In this document: piece by piece, positions 1 to 10,074 of the stretch
Layout of the letters: the number at the start of each line of letters is the position of its first letter
Position numbering within the stretch: the stretch's first letter is position 1
Assembly (NCBI GenBank): GCA_963727445.1
Contig: CAVSGI010000009.1
Location: forward strand, 320,001-384,000
Length of the DNA: 64,000 bases
Source: an uncultured delta proteobacterium
Lineage (GTDB): Bacteria; Myxococcota_A; Polyangia; Polyangiales; B10-G4
Direction: 5' to 3'
The notes under the pieces: generated by a model
Told to the model about the DNA's origin: nothing
Seen by the model: the letters and a program-made list of their open reading frames with translations, nothing else
Databases searched by the model: none
Position numbers and translations under genes: made by a program

Positions 1-390
1 GGCGACAACGACACGCAGGTGCAGCTGCGATTCATGATGTTCGACGTTCCCACCGGCGATCACTCTCCGGCGTTGGTCGGCCCGGTGCCCATCGCGTTCG
101 GCTCCCTCGAATCGGGCGTCCGTCAACTCATCTCCCAGGGCCTCGAGGTGTCACTGGCCGAGGTGGTGGAGGCTGCGGACGACGAGCAGATCCCCGCGCG
201 CAGCGGCGGCTTCACGCACCGCGAGGAGGAGTCGGAGGGGCCCGCCTTCTACGAGACGTGGTGGTTTTGGACCATCGTCGGGGTGTTGGTCGTCGGCGGA
301 GTCACCGCGGGCATCGTCGCCGCCGCCTCTGGAGGCGGCGGACAAGACCTGGGTCAGGACCCGGGTGGACAGGTCATCCTATCCTTCTGA
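1..390 (+). CDS. 3' part of a membrane-anchored protein, probably PEGA-type (5' truncated by window edge)
   Basis: Frame open from the window start; FYETWWFW followed by a hydrophobic helix, as in the downstream paralog. Confidence 0.65.
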   Translation, partial: GDNDTQVQLRFMMFDVPTGDHSPALVGPVPIAFGSLESGVRQLISQGLEVSLAEVVEAADDEQIPARSGGFTHREEESEGPAFYETWWFWTIVGVLVVGGVTAGIVAAASGGGGQDLGQDPGGQVILSF

Positions 391-398
391 GCTCATCC

Positions 399-1649
399 GT
401 GCGCCTACCGACCATCCTCACCACGCTGACGTTTCTCTTCACCGCCGCCACTGCGACGGCGCAGCCGCAGGAGAAGGTGAAGGTCGCGGTGGTGCTCATC
501 CCGGAGCAGGGGGCGGGCCTCGCAGAGCAGACCATCGTTTCGATGGGCATCCGCCGTGGTCTGCGCGGGGATCGGCGACTCGACGACGAGCATCCCGCCG
601 ACATCCTGATCCGGGACCGGCCCGAGGAGCTCTTCGAGGCCGAGGCCGCACCGGACGAGATCGCGGAGATGCTGAAGAACGGCCAGGCGCGTGGTGCAGA
701 GGAGCGGGCGCGGGCGGTGCTCCAGGTCTTCGAGGACAACCTCCCCTACGTGAAGCGCTCGGTGCTCGCCGACGCCTACACCCTGCTCGGCGCCGCGCAG
801 TGCATGCAGCGGGAGCGCGGCGCCTGCGAGGAGTCCTTCCGGCGCGTGGTGGTCTTCCGCGAGCACTTCTTCTACGACCCGGAGCGCTACCCCCAGCAGT
901 TCGCCGACGTCTTCAACAACATCCAGATGGATCTCACCGACCGCGGCGTCCGTGGGTCGATCGAGATCATCACCTACCCCGAAGGGGCCGAGGTCTTCGT
1001 CGACGGCCACAGCTACGGGCCCTCGCCGACCGTCGCCGAGGGGCTGCTCGTCGGCGATCACTACGTCACCGTCAAAGCCATTGGCTACGAGAAGCGCATC
1101 GTCCGCGCCACGGTCGAGGAGAGCTTCCAGGGCACGGTCGATCTCGCCCTCGACACGAGCGACGAGTCGCTCCTGATCACCCAGGCGATGGAGGTGATCC
1201 CGGACGAGCTCGGGGAGGAGCGCGCGGGCGACGCCATCAGCAGCATCGGGACCAACCTCTTCGTGCAGCAGACGGTGGTCGGCACGATCCGACCCGACGG
1301 CGAGGGCGCCGTCATGGCGCACCTCTATCTCTACGACCTACGCACCAAGTTCCTCCTCGCCGAACAAGAGGCGCGGATCAGCCTCGACGAGGAAGAGGGT
1401 TCGCTCCAGGCGCAGGATCTGGTGCGCAACCTCTACGACGGCGTGGACCTGTCGGGACGCATCGAAGCGCCCGACGAGGGGCCCGATTTCGGCGAGTCGA
1501 CACCGATCTGGAAGCGGTGGTGGTTCTGGACCGGCGCCGCCGCCGTGGTCATCGCCGCCGTGGTGATCGGCGTGGTCATCGCCAACAGCGGAGGTGAGTC
1601 CCTCCCCGCGGGCTTCTACCAGTCGAACGCCTCGATCCAGGCGCCGTGA
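399..1649 (+). CDS. PEGA domain-containing exported protein with C-terminal TM anchor
   Basis: GTG 399 with signal peptide (ATATA-Q); PEGA motif ITYPEGAEVFVDG..GPSP...GDHYVTV; WKRWWFW plus TM helix. Confidence 0.85.
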   Translation: MRLPTILTTLTFLFTAATATAQPQEKVKVAVVLIPEQGAGLAEQTIVSMGIRRGLRGDRRLDDEHPADILIRDRPEELFEAEAAPDEIAEMLKNGQARGAEERARAVLQVFEDNLPYVKRSVLADAYTLLGAAQCMQRERGACEESFRRVVVFREHFFYDPERYPQQFADVFNNIQMDLTDRGVRGSIEIITYPEGAEVFVDGHSYGPSPTVAEGLLVGDHYVTVKAIGYEKRIVRATVEESFQGTVDLALDTSDESLLITQAMEVIPDELGEERAGDAISSIGTNLFVQQTVVGTIRPDGEGAVMAHLYLYDLRTKFLLAEQEARISLDEEEGSLQAQDLVRNLYDGVDLSGRIEAPDEGPDFGESTPIWKRWWFWTGAAAVVIAAVVIGVVIANSGGESLPAGFYQSNASIQAP

Positions 1650-2737
1650 GGATCCTGATCCTCGGGCTCCCGCTCCTCGTCGCCTGCGGGGAGGGCGGTG
1701 GAGCGCCCCCGGTCCCCGCCGCCGAGCCTCCGCCCCTTCCCCGCGACACCGCGTCGGCGGAAAGAGCGCCGGTGGTCCTCCCCCAGGGGCCCACGCGCCC
1801 TCCCGAGCTCGGCCCACGCGGCCCGCGCATTCACCCCGCCGCACGAGACGACCTGGACTATCGCGGCGACGAGATGGTGGAGGTGATGCGCCTCGTCTAC
1901 CGCGTGACCTTTCGCGTGCCGCGGATGCTCGGAGACGTTCCGCCGACCATGGCGACCCCGACCACCGAGCTTCACCTGGACGTCTCCGCCGACCGGCTGC
2001 GGGCTCGCTTCTCGGGGCCGGGGTGGCCGGTCGTGCCGGGTTCCGAGGTGCGTCTGCGGCGCGACCTGGGCGGCGTCTACGTCTTCGATGGGGACGGTGG
2101 TCGATCCGCGGGGCCGGGCATGCTCGCGCAGTGGTTTCAGGGGGGACCGGTCACGAATCGCCAGACGCCCTGGGTCGGCATCCAGCGCGCGCCGAGCGCC
2201 GAGGAGAACGCGCCGGGAGACCTGATCTGCGCGCTCATCGCGGAGTGGTCGGGGCATCGGCGAAGCGACCTCGAGCGACGCTGCGGCGAGGGAGGCGCAC
2301 CGCTGTCGTTCCGCATCGGCGCCTGGAAGGCGGAGCGCACCGCCGAGGTTCCAGGCGAGCTTCCGCGTCACGAGCTGCGCGCCGACCATCACGACGCTCC
2401 CCCGCAGCTCCCCTTCGCGTCGAGCCGGGCCTTCATGGAGGACTCGGTGCTCGCGCAGATCCCGTTCGCGCATCACCGGCGCTCGCGCGACGATCGTCCG
2501 CCGGCGGACGCCACGCTCAACGTCGAGAACCAGGGGCCGACGCGGGTGGTGGTGACGGTAGGCGGCATTCCCGTGGGCTGGGTCGACCGCGGCGCCACGG
2601 GTCGCTTCGAAGGCTTCGTGCCGGGTGAATACACCGTGGCCGCCATGCGGCCCCTCGGCCACCTCGCCCTGCACCCGCGCTCGCGCCCGATCCCCGGCGA
2701 GGTGCGCGTCAGGCCTCCGCGACGGGCTGAGGAGTGA
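1646..2737 (+). CDS. hypothetical lipoprotein
   Basis: GTGA overlap with the upstream gene; lipobox LVAC; Pro-rich linker. Confidence 0.75.
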   Translation: MRILILGLPLLVACGEGGGAPPVPAAEPPPLPRDTASAERAPVVLPQGPTRPPELGPRGPRIHPAARDDLDYRGDEMVEVMRLVYRVTFRVPRMLGDVPPTMATPTTELHLDVSADRLRARFSGPGWPVVPGSEVRLRRDLGGVYVFDGDGGRSAGPGMLAQWFQGGPVTNRQTPWVGIQRAPSAEENAPGDLICALIAEWSGHRRSDLERRCGEGGAPLSFRIGAWKAERTAEVPGELPRHELRADHHDAPPQLPFASSRAFMEDSVLAQIPFAHHRRSRDDRPPADATLNVENQGPTRVVVTVGGIPVGWVDRGATGRFEGFVPGEYTVAAMRPLGHLALHPRSRPIPGEVRVRPPRRAEE

Positions 2738-3244
2738 TCAGCGTCCGAGCTGGACGAGCTTTTCGTGCACGAGCTCGAGGACCTCGAAGCGCACCGAGAA
2801 GGTGTAGTAGTCGTCCTCGCGGACGTCGCCCATGGTCTCGAGGGCAGACTCGATGGCTTCTCGGTGGGCATCGGGGATCGACATCTGGGCGCCGCCTTCA
2901 CTTCCGTCGGTCGCGCACTCGAGGGCGGCTCCGATCGGGTTGAAGGAGAGGGGCCCGGGGTGGAGCGTGAGCCGCCAGTCGGCGTAGTCGTCCCCGCCCG
3001 CGTGCCAGGCGCCCTGGCCGAGGTGCCGCCGGACGACCTCGCCGAAATAGGCCCCGGCCGCCGGGATCACCAGACCGAGGACCTCGTCTTCGGCCTCGAT
3101 GGCCTCGCGGAGGTAGTGGTCCAGCAGCGGCAGGGTGTCCTGGGTGTAGTCGAGGGGCGTGTCCTGAGCGGCGGCCACGAAGCGCACGCAGCTCTCCGCG
3201 AGGTCGACGACCACCTGGGGGACGGCATTTTCCGATTCGTTCAT
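2738..3244 (-). CDS. conserved hypothetical protein (DUF3806/DUF6278-like)
   Basis: LDYT..TLPLLD..L and GAYFGEVVRRHLG motifs; globular acidic composition. Confidence 0.7.
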   Translation of the reverse strand: MNESENAVPQVVVDLAESCVRFVAAAQDTPLDYTQDTLPLLDHYLREAIEAEDEVLGLVIPAAGAYFGEVVRRHLGQGAWHAGGDDYADWRLTLHPGPLSFNPIGAALECATDGSEGGAQMSIPDAHREAIESALETMGDVREDDYYTFSVRFEVLELVHEKLVQLGR

Positions 3245-3295
3245 GGGCCGGGGGTATTACGATAGCCGCCCGTTCTGTGCTACTCGATTGGGCCC

Positions 3296-5971
3296 ATGGC
3301 GTCGCCTGAGCAGACCTATCGAGGGCCGGTCGGCAAGACCCGCCGCGAGAGCGTGCACGTCACCATCCCCGGTGGGCACGTGCGCTCGGTGGAGGTCTAC
3401 GTCGCCGTGGACGTTCAGGCCGACCCGAAGCTCAAGGACGCCGCCCTCGCGGGCGCGCTCCATCGTTTCGAAGGGGGCGAGGAGCTCGCCATCCCCTTCG
3501 TCTACCACGACCCGGCCGCGCGGAAGCTCGCGCTGGTCATCCCGGAGACCCTTCGCCATCGCGAGCTCCTCGAGCGGGCGCGCTTCTTCGAGCGCCTCGC
3601 GGAGGACACCGAGCACGAGATCCCGACCTACGTTCGGGCCGCCACCGTCGTGATCGGGCCCAAGGAGCTCGCGGAGTATCTGGAAGCCGAAGGGGAAGCG
3701 AGCGCGGACGCTGCGCGACACCAGCGGGACTTCGACGCGCGCGATCGCGAGCTCGCGGCGCGCGAAGCAGCGATCGCCACGCGGGAAGCGGCGCTCCAGA
3801 AGAAGGACGAGAAGCTCTTCGAGCGCGAAGCGCGACTGAAGACGCGCGCCGAGGAGGTGACGCGTCAAGAGGACGAGGTGCGGAGCGCCACCGAGATCGT
3901 CGAGGCGCGACAGCGCGAGATCGATCTCTCGGAAGAGGAGCTCGTGCGTCGTCTCGCCGAGGTGCGCGCACGCGAGGAGCGGGTCCGCGCAGGCGGGGGC
4001 GCGAAGCAGCCGGCGGCCAGTCCGGTGGCGACCGAGGCTGCACCGGCCGAGGCGGTGGAGGCGGAAGAGATCGAAGAGATCGAGCCGCTCTCCACCTCCG
4101 AGATCGAGCCCATGGCCGTGGAGCCCACCAAGGTGCGCAGCGCCGAGGACGTGGAGCTCGCGGCCTCGGTGGAGGAGCTCGGTGAAGAGGTCGAGGAGAT
4201 CATCGACGAGGACGACGTCGAGGAGCTCGACGAGTCGGACATGATCCAGGAGGTCACGGGGGTCACCTCGAACCCCGCCTCGCCGTCCGACGTACCGTCG
4301 GCGGTGGACCAGTCCGGCAGCCATCCCCGCGCGGCCGTCCCGCCCCCCGAGGGCTTCCTCGGCGACCGCACCCTCGAGATGGCGGCGAAGTTCGACGACG
4401 CCGTCTGGCTCTTCGCCCGCCTCGAAGAGGGGCACGAGTCGGCGTATCGCCAGGGCGGCGACCTCCTGGTGCAGCTGGTGGTGGTGCAGGGCTATCCGGT
4501 CGTGCTCCTGGCGCTGGTCGAGATGGAAGCCGAGGGGCGTCCTTTCGTGCGGCGCGTGGCCCTCGACCCCCACGACTCCACGGATCGCGCCATCCTCGAG
4601 GCGCTTCGCTCCGATTTCGAAGCCACCGTCGCGCTCTTCGGGCCCAGCGGTCGCTTCGAGAGAACGGTGGAGGTCGCCGCGCCGCGGCGGGTCAACGTCG
4701 CCATGATCCTCGAGCGCGTCGCCCGCTCGCCCCGGTCGGAAGCGCGCACCGACGCAGCCACGGCGAAGGAACGGGCGCTCGCCGCGCCGCCGCCGGTGGC
4801 GGAGAGCGAGCATCCTTTCGTCGCGGAACCCGAGACCGCGCGCTCCGCGGCCGACGCCGCCAACGCGCTCGCGCGACTCGTCGCCTGGTCGACGCCGCAG
4901 CGACTCGACCGCGTGCTCCTCGCGCTCTCGGTGCCGCGCGACGTCGTCGATGCCGCGATGCGAAAGATCCTCACCGACGCGGTCGACCGCGGCCTCGCGC
5001 TCACGCCCGAGCTCACGACCCGCGCGCTCGCGGTGGGCGTCGCGCCGGATCTGCCGACCCTGATCAAGCGACAGATCGAGCGCTTCCGCGAGACCACCGC
5101 CGACGATGAAGCCGGCGGCCTGTCACCCTCGGACGTGGCGGACAACTGGGAGGCGCTCCTCGAAGCGGCCGGCGAGAGCGACATCCCGGTCGACGGCGTG
5201 ACCCACGAGCGCGCCTGGAACGCGATCCGCCGTGTGCGCGGCGAGGGAAGCAGCGGCACCGGCCAGCACGACCTGGCGCAGGTCGATCCCGAAAAGCTCC
5301 CCGAGATGGGCAAGCTCGAGTTGGTGATGCTCCTCGATCATCCGAAGCTCCGGCACAACGCCGCTCTGGAGCTGGCCAAGCGCTCGGACCCCGAGATGCT
5401 GGAGACGCTCTACAAGGCTGTCCGCAAGATGCCGCGGGGCGAGGTGGTGAAGGTGGTGCCCAAGATCGTGGGCTATGGCGAGGTCGCCGGCGATGCCCTC
5501 ATCGATGGGCTCTCGGCGCGGAAGACCTTCGTCCGGCAGGCCTCGGCGCTCGGGCTCGGTGAGCTCAAGCTTCGCCGGGCGGTGGTCCCGCTGGCCCACG
5601 CCCTCTTGGCGGAGGACAGCGACGTCTGGCCGGAGCTGGCCCGGGTGCTGGGGAGCTTCGGCAGCTCTGCGTTCCGTCAGGTCACCCGCTCCCTCAAGGA
5701 CCCGAAGGGGCAGGATGAGCGGCTGAAAGTGACGTTGGCTCATCTTTCCAACCATGGATGCGAGTCCAAGGTCGAGGCGCTCACCCGCGATTCCGACAAG
5801 GGGACGGCCGTGATCGCCCTCGAGGCGATGACGTTACGTCATGATTTGAAGCGCCTGGAGGATTCTCTTCGCAGCGGCAAGGAATATGAGGGCGAAGATG
5901 CCGTCCTCAAATTCTCGAACCGTTTCTATCGGGAGCTTCAGGGGGACGATCCGCCCGGAGTTCCGTCCTAA
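3296..5971 (+). CDS. large protein: CpXC-like N-domain, coiled coil, acidic linker, C-terminal HEAT repeats
   Basis: VDV..DP.L...L.G.L..F and PFVYHDP motifs; E/R heptads; HEAT-like VRQASALGLGELK..AVVPL. Confidence 0.8.
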   Translation: MASPEQTYRGPVGKTRRESVHVTIPGGHVRSVEVYVAVDVQADPKLKDAALAGALHRFEGGEELAIPFVYHDPAARKLALVIPETLRHRELLERARFFERLAEDTEHEIPTYVRAATVVIGPKELAEYLEAEGEASADAARHQRDFDARDRELAAREAAIATREAALQKKDEKLFEREARLKTRAEEVTRQEDEVRSATEIVEARQREIDLSEEELVRRLAEVRAREERVRAGGGAKQPAASPVATEAAPAEAVEAEEIEEIEPLSTSEIEPMAVEPTKVRSAEDVELAASVEELGEEVEEIIDEDDVEELDESDMIQEVTGVTSNPASPSDVPSAVDQSGSHPRAAVPPPEGFLGDRTLEMAAKFDDAVWLFARLEEGHESAYRQGGDLLVQLVVVQGYPVVLLALVEMEAEGRPFVRRVALDPHDSTDRAILEALRSDFEATVALFGPSGRFERTVEVAAPRRVNVAMILERVARSPRSEARTDAATAKERALAAPPPVAESEHPFVAEPETARSAADAANALARLVAWSTPQRLDRVLLALSVPRDVVDAAMRKILTDAVDRGLALTPELTTRALAVGVAPDLPTLIKRQIERFRETTADDEAGGLSPSDVADNWEALLEAAGESDIPVDGVTHERAWNAIRRVRGEGSSGTGQHDLAQVDPEKLPEMGKLELVMLLDHPKLRHNAALELAKRSDPEMLETLYKAVRKMPRGEVVKVVPKIVGYGEVAGDALIDGLSARKTFVRQASALGLGELKLRRAVVPLAHALLAEDSDVWPELARVLGSFGSSAFRQVTRSLKDPKGQDERLKVTLAHLSNHGCESKVEALTRDSDKGTAVIALEAMTLRHDLKRLEDSLRSGKEYEGEDAVLKFSNRFYRELQGDDPPGVPS

Positions 5972-6044
5972 TCCGCGGTATCGGACGCTTTACGGCGCTT
6001 CCAAAAGTATCGTATCGTAAGCCGTTTGGACGTCCCAGAAGGGA

Positions 6045-6073
6045 TTTACATCCCACCCCCTGGGTTCTACAAA
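6045..6073 (+). promoter_or_regulatory. possible sigma70-type promoter for the metallophosphoesterase
   Basis: TTTACA-17bp-TACAAA in an AT-richer intergenic region. Confidence 0.3.
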
Positions 6074-6092
6074 GCAGGGACGGCCCGACCCA

Positions 6093-6830
6093 ATGCGACT
6101 CGGAGTTTTCAGCGACGTTCACGCCAACATCGAGGCGCTCTCGGCCGTCATGGAGGCGTACAAGTCCGAGAGCATCGATCGGTTCTACTGCATCGGTGAC
6201 GTCGTCGGGTACGGCGCGAGTCCGAACGAGTGCTGCGACATCATCCGCGAACGCGCGGAGGTGACCATCCTCGGCAACCACGACGCCGCCGTCGCCGGTC
6301 GCATGGACTACTCGTACTATTACGAGGCCGCGCGCCAGGCTCTGGACCGGCACGCGTCGCTGCTGACGAAGCAGAACATGGAGTGGCTCAAGAGCCTTCC
6401 GTACAAGACGGTGATCGACGACTCCGGGGTGCAGCTCTGCCACGGCTCGCCGCTGCGCCTCGAGGAGTTCGAGTACATCTTCGCGCCGGAGCAGGCGCGG
6501 GAGTGCCTCGCGATCTGGGATCAGCTCGCCGACCTCACGCTCATCGGCCACTCGCATCTGTGCAAGGTCTTCGCCCTCAAGCCCGGCGAGGTCGAGGAGC
6601 TCCCGCCGAAGGACTTCCAGATGCGCAAGGGCTACAAGTACATCGCCAGCGTCGGCTCCGTCGGTCAGCCGCGCGACTACGACAACCGCGCCAGCTACAC
6701 GACCTTCGACACCGACACGCGCGAGTTCTCCTTCAAGCGCGTCGAGTACGACATCGAAGCGGCGGCCACGAAGATCTTCGAGGAGAACCTCGAGCGAAAC
6801 TTCGGGCACCGGCTCTTCATCGGGGTCTAG
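6093..6830 (+). CDS. metallophosphoesterase family protein (calcineurin-like)
   Basis: SDVHAN, GDVVGYG, GNHD, CHGS, GHSH, GSVGQPRD motifs. Confidence 0.93.
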   Translation: MRLGVFSDVHANIEALSAVMEAYKSESIDRFYCIGDVVGYGASPNECCDIIRERAEVTILGNHDAAVAGRMDYSYYYEAARQALDRHASLLTKQNMEWLKSLPYKTVIDDSGVQLCHGSPLRLEEFEYIFAPEQARECLAIWDQLADLTLIGHSHLCKVFALKPGEVEELPPKDFQMRKGYKYIASVGSVGQPRDYDNRASYTTFDTDTREFSFKRVEYDIEAAATKIFEENLERNFGHRLFIGV

Positions 6831-6885
6831 GGCGAGCCGCCCGCGGTCGCTCGCAGCAGCCTGAGCGAGTGGTACCCTGCCCACC

Positions 6886-8757
6886 ATGCGCCCCTGGGCT
6901 CCCCGCTCCGCGCTCACACTCCTCCTCCTCTGGGCGGGCTGCTCTTGCTCTTGCGCGAGCTGTGGCTCGACGACCACGCCAGAGCAGACGGTGCGAGCCC
7001 CGATTGGGCCGGAGACCGCGCTCGAGGATGATCGGGCGCACGCGCTCGAGCAGCGCCATCGGCTCGCGTGCGGGACGAATCATGCGTGCGCGCTCGATGC
7101 CGATGGGAAGGTGAGGTGTTGGGGCGATGCGGCGCTCGCGCTCGGCGCTCCCGAGGGGTCGTTCGTCACGCTCGCGGCTGGGCGATTCACGACCTGTGGG
7201 CTCCGCGCGGACCAGAGCGTGGCGTGCTGGGGGCCTCCGGGTGGCGCGGGGACCGAGGCACCCGAGACGGATCTCGTGTCGATCACCGCGGGCGACGAAG
7301 GGGCCTGCGGCCTCGGGGCCGACATGGTCGCCGTGTGCTGGCAGTACCCCGGCGGCTCATCGGTCGAAGGCGCTCCCTCCGAGCGCCTCCGCACACTCGA
7401 GACGTGGGGCGAGACGACATGCGCGCTGCGGCCCGACGGTACGCCAGTGTGCTGGGGGTTCGATCCCACACAGGGCGACTTCCCTTCGAACGAGCGGTTT
7501 CGCGCAATCGCCGTGGGGTGGTTGAAGCTCTGCGGCTCGAGTGATGACGGCGTGATGCGATGCTGGGGAGAGGGGCCGCGGGAGCCGTTCGGCGACGAGC
7601 CCATGACGCACATCGCCGGGCACTCTGGCGGCGGGGTGTGCGGTCTGACGCGCGCCGGCGCCCACGCGCGGTGCTTCGGCTTCGACGAGCGGGTCGAGAT
7701 GCCGGCGCGCGTGGATGGACCGTTCGAGGATGTCGTCGTGGGCCAATACTACGCCTGTGGGCTGGAGTCCGATGGATCGCTGCGCTGTTGGGGGAGCGCG
7801 CCCGGTGCCACGCCGGAGGGCTCGTTCGAGGAGGTCGTTGCGTGCGACGGGAGCGTCTGCGGTCGTCGCGCTGACGGGACGGTCGAGTGCGCCGGCAGCC
7901 CATACTACGGCCAGGCGCACCCACCAGAGGGCACGTTCGAAGCGGTCGCCTCCGGACGCGACCGCTCGTGCGCGTTGCGCAGCCCCGATCGGAGCGTCGC
8001 CTGCTGGGGCGGTCCCCCGTCGCTGCCGTTCGAGCCACCCGACGGGGCTTTCGCGTCGCTCGAGCTCGGCGATGGGTGGGCGTGTGGCCTGCGTGATGAC
8101 GGCCGCGCGGAGTGCTGGGGCAACATGCGCAATCGCACCGACGCGCCCTCGGACCCGGACGCGCGGTTCGCGCACCTCGACGTCGGCGGCGGAATGGCAT
8201 GCGGGATCACTCGCGAGCACACGGCCCGTTGCTGGGGGGAGAACTCCACCGACCTGCCCATCGGCTCGCTCACAGACGTGGCCGAAGTCGAGACGAGCGC
8301 GTCCTTCGTGATGGTGCGTCACCTCGACGACCACCTGACGTGCTTCACGATGCAGCTCCCGAACGGGGGCGGCGGCGGCTCGCCTGCGATGCACTGGGCA
8401 CCCGCGGCGTGCCCCGTGACCTCCGCGCGCGAGATCGTTGCGACTGACGCGCTGACCTGCTGGCTCACGGATCACCGCGGCCTCGAGTGCCGCTTCCAAG
8501 GCCCGGACGGCACGATGAGCGAGCCGCGGCGGGTCGCGGCTTCGGAGGTCCGTGACATCGTCGCCACCTACGACGTCGTCTGCGCGCGATTTCCCGACGA
8601 CCACACCGAGTGTTGGGGCAACAACGGCTGGGCTGAGACCGAGGTCCCCAGGGGTGCGCGCTTTACCGCCGTCGCCCCCGGGTACCATCACGCGTGCGCG
8701 CTGGATCCCGAGGCCCACCTCGTCTGCTGGGGGAGCTACGCGGGCACGCTCCTCTAG
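6886..8757 (+). CDS. RCC1-like repeat beta-propeller lipoprotein
   Basis: Many G..(H/T)(A/T)C(A/G)L..DG...CWG repeats; Cys-containing signal peptide. Confidence 0.88.
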   Translation: MRPWAPRSALTLLLLWAGCSCSCASCGSTTTPEQTVRAPIGPETALEDDRAHALEQRHRLACGTNHACALDADGKVRCWGDAALALGAPEGSFVTLAAGRFTTCGLRADQSVACWGPPGGAGTEAPETDLVSITAGDEGACGLGADMVAVCWQYPGGSSVEGAPSERLRTLETWGETTCALRPDGTPVCWGFDPTQGDFPSNERFRAIAVGWLKLCGSSDDGVMRCWGEGPREPFGDEPMTHIAGHSGGGVCGLTRAGAHARCFGFDERVEMPARVDGPFEDVVVGQYYACGLESDGSLRCWGSAPGATPEGSFEEVVACDGSVCGRRADGTVECAGSPYYGQAHPPEGTFEAVASGRDRSCALRSPDRSVACWGGPPSLPFEPPDGAFASLELGDGWACGLRDDGRAECWGNMRNRTDAPSDPDARFAHLDVGGGMACGITREHTARCWGENSTDLPIGSLTDVAEVETSASFVMVRHLDDHLTCFTMQLPNGGGGGSPAMHWAPAACPVTSAREIVATDALTCWLTDHRGLECRFQGPDGTMSEPRRVAASEVRDIVATYDVVCARFPDDHTECWGNNGWAETEVPRGARFTAVAPGYHHACALDPEAHLVCWGSYAGTLL

Positions 8758-8847
8758 CGCTCGCGTACCGGGGTGGTTTGTGTGATCGGGAGCGACGAGC
8801 TCGACGTCCTCACCGATCGTCGCCGCTCGACTCGGAGTCCCTCACGG

Positions 8848-10074
8848 TCAGTCCACCTGCGTGAACCTCACCAGCCCCAGCCACGGGCTCTGTCCATCGG
8901 CGAGGCTCGTCAGACCGGGCGTCTGCATCTGGCCGACGGCACTGATGCGTGGGGCGAGGGGCGCCGGGAGGCGGCGGGCGATGGCGCGGCGGGTGCCGAT
9001 GTCGGCGGCGATGCCCAGGGCCTTGAGGTGAACGCCGAGGGGGCTGAGGCGCCGGCCGAGGTCCTCTTCGTCGGCGCAGCTCAGGACGGCGACGTTTCGG
9101 TGGCCGGGGCTGAGGCGCAGCGGCGCGTCGCCTTCGAAGCACACCGCGTAGCCGTCGCCTTCGAAGAGATCGCCGCGGGTCGCGCCGACGCCGCGCCACT
9201 GGAGCTGCTGGGCGCCGCGATCCATCGGCAACGGGCCGCGCGGTAGCTCGGTGCGCAGGCGCTCGAGGGCCTCCGCGATCGCCTCGGCCAGCGCACGGGC
9301 GTCCTCGGTCTTCGCGTCGGTCCACACCGCGTGGGGCGACAGACAGCCGCGCTGGTCGTAGGCGGCGACGTCGAGGGCGATCTGCGACGCGACCTCGTCG
9401 ATGTCGGTGCGGCCGCCGGCGAAGGGCACGTAGATGGCGCCGAGGCCGTGGCCGTGGGGCACGAAGGTCGTCGTGGCCGGGAGCCGTGCGCGGATCTCGG
9501 CGAGGGTGGCGTCACTGCCGTAGGCGGCGACCATGTCGGCCTGGGCAAAGAGCGCATCCTCGAGCTTCACGTTGCCGCCCTCGAAGGTCAGGACCTCGAC
9601 GCTCGCCGCCACCTCTGGCGCGCGCAGCTCGATGGCGCGGCGCAGAAGCCGGGGGAAGACGTCGTCGCGTGAGGATGCCTTCGCGATCACTGGGACGCGC
9701 GCCAGGAGCGGCACGAGCATGGCGCGGAGCGAGGCGGTGAAGACGTTGCCCGAAAGGACGAGGGCCGCGAGGCGCGCTCGGGAGATGGTGGCGCCGTTCG
9801 GTGGCGTGAGTGAACGGGAGAGCGAGTGGAGCGCGCCGCGGGTCACGCCGCCGACAGCCGTCTCGAGCGCCCAGTCCACCATCTCTGCCGAGAGCCCGGT
9901 GCTCTGGACGAGGAGCCCGCGCGCCTCCGCGCCCGTCTCCGTTTCGCGATCGGCCAGCAAATCGGCCGCGTCCGCCAGGCGCGCGATCAGATCTTCCTCG
10001 TCCATCGCGCGGAGCACGCCCGCGGTCGCCGCGGTCTCGGCGGCGCGCCGCCGGATCCCTTCCATCTGACTCAT
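8848..10074 (-). CDS. LuxC-like acyl-CoA/acyl-protein reductase (ALDH superfamily)
   Basis: SGNVF, KASSRD, AYGSDATL, HGHG and YDQRGCLSP (LuxC catalytic Cys motif); ATGA overlap with the luxE-like gene. Confidence 0.88.
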   Translation of the reverse strand: MSQMEGIRRRAAETAATAGVLRAMDEEDLIARLADAADLLADRETETGAEARGLLVQSTGLSAEMVDWALETAVGGVTRGALHSLSRSLTPPNGATISRARLAALVLSGNVFTASLRAMLVPLLARVPVIAKASSRDDVFPRLLRRAIELRAPEVAASVEVLTFEGGNVKLEDALFAQADMVAAYGSDATLAEIRARLPATTTFVPHGHGLGAIYVPFAGGRTDIDEVASQIALDVAAYDQRGCLSPHAVWTDAKTEDARALAEAIAEALERLRTELPRGPLPMDRGAQQLQWRGVGATRGDLFEGDGYAVCFEGDAPLRLSPGHRNVAVLSCADEEDLGRRLSPLGVHLKALGIAADIGTRRAIARRLPAPLAPRISAVGQMQTPGLTSLADGQSPWLGLVRFTQVD

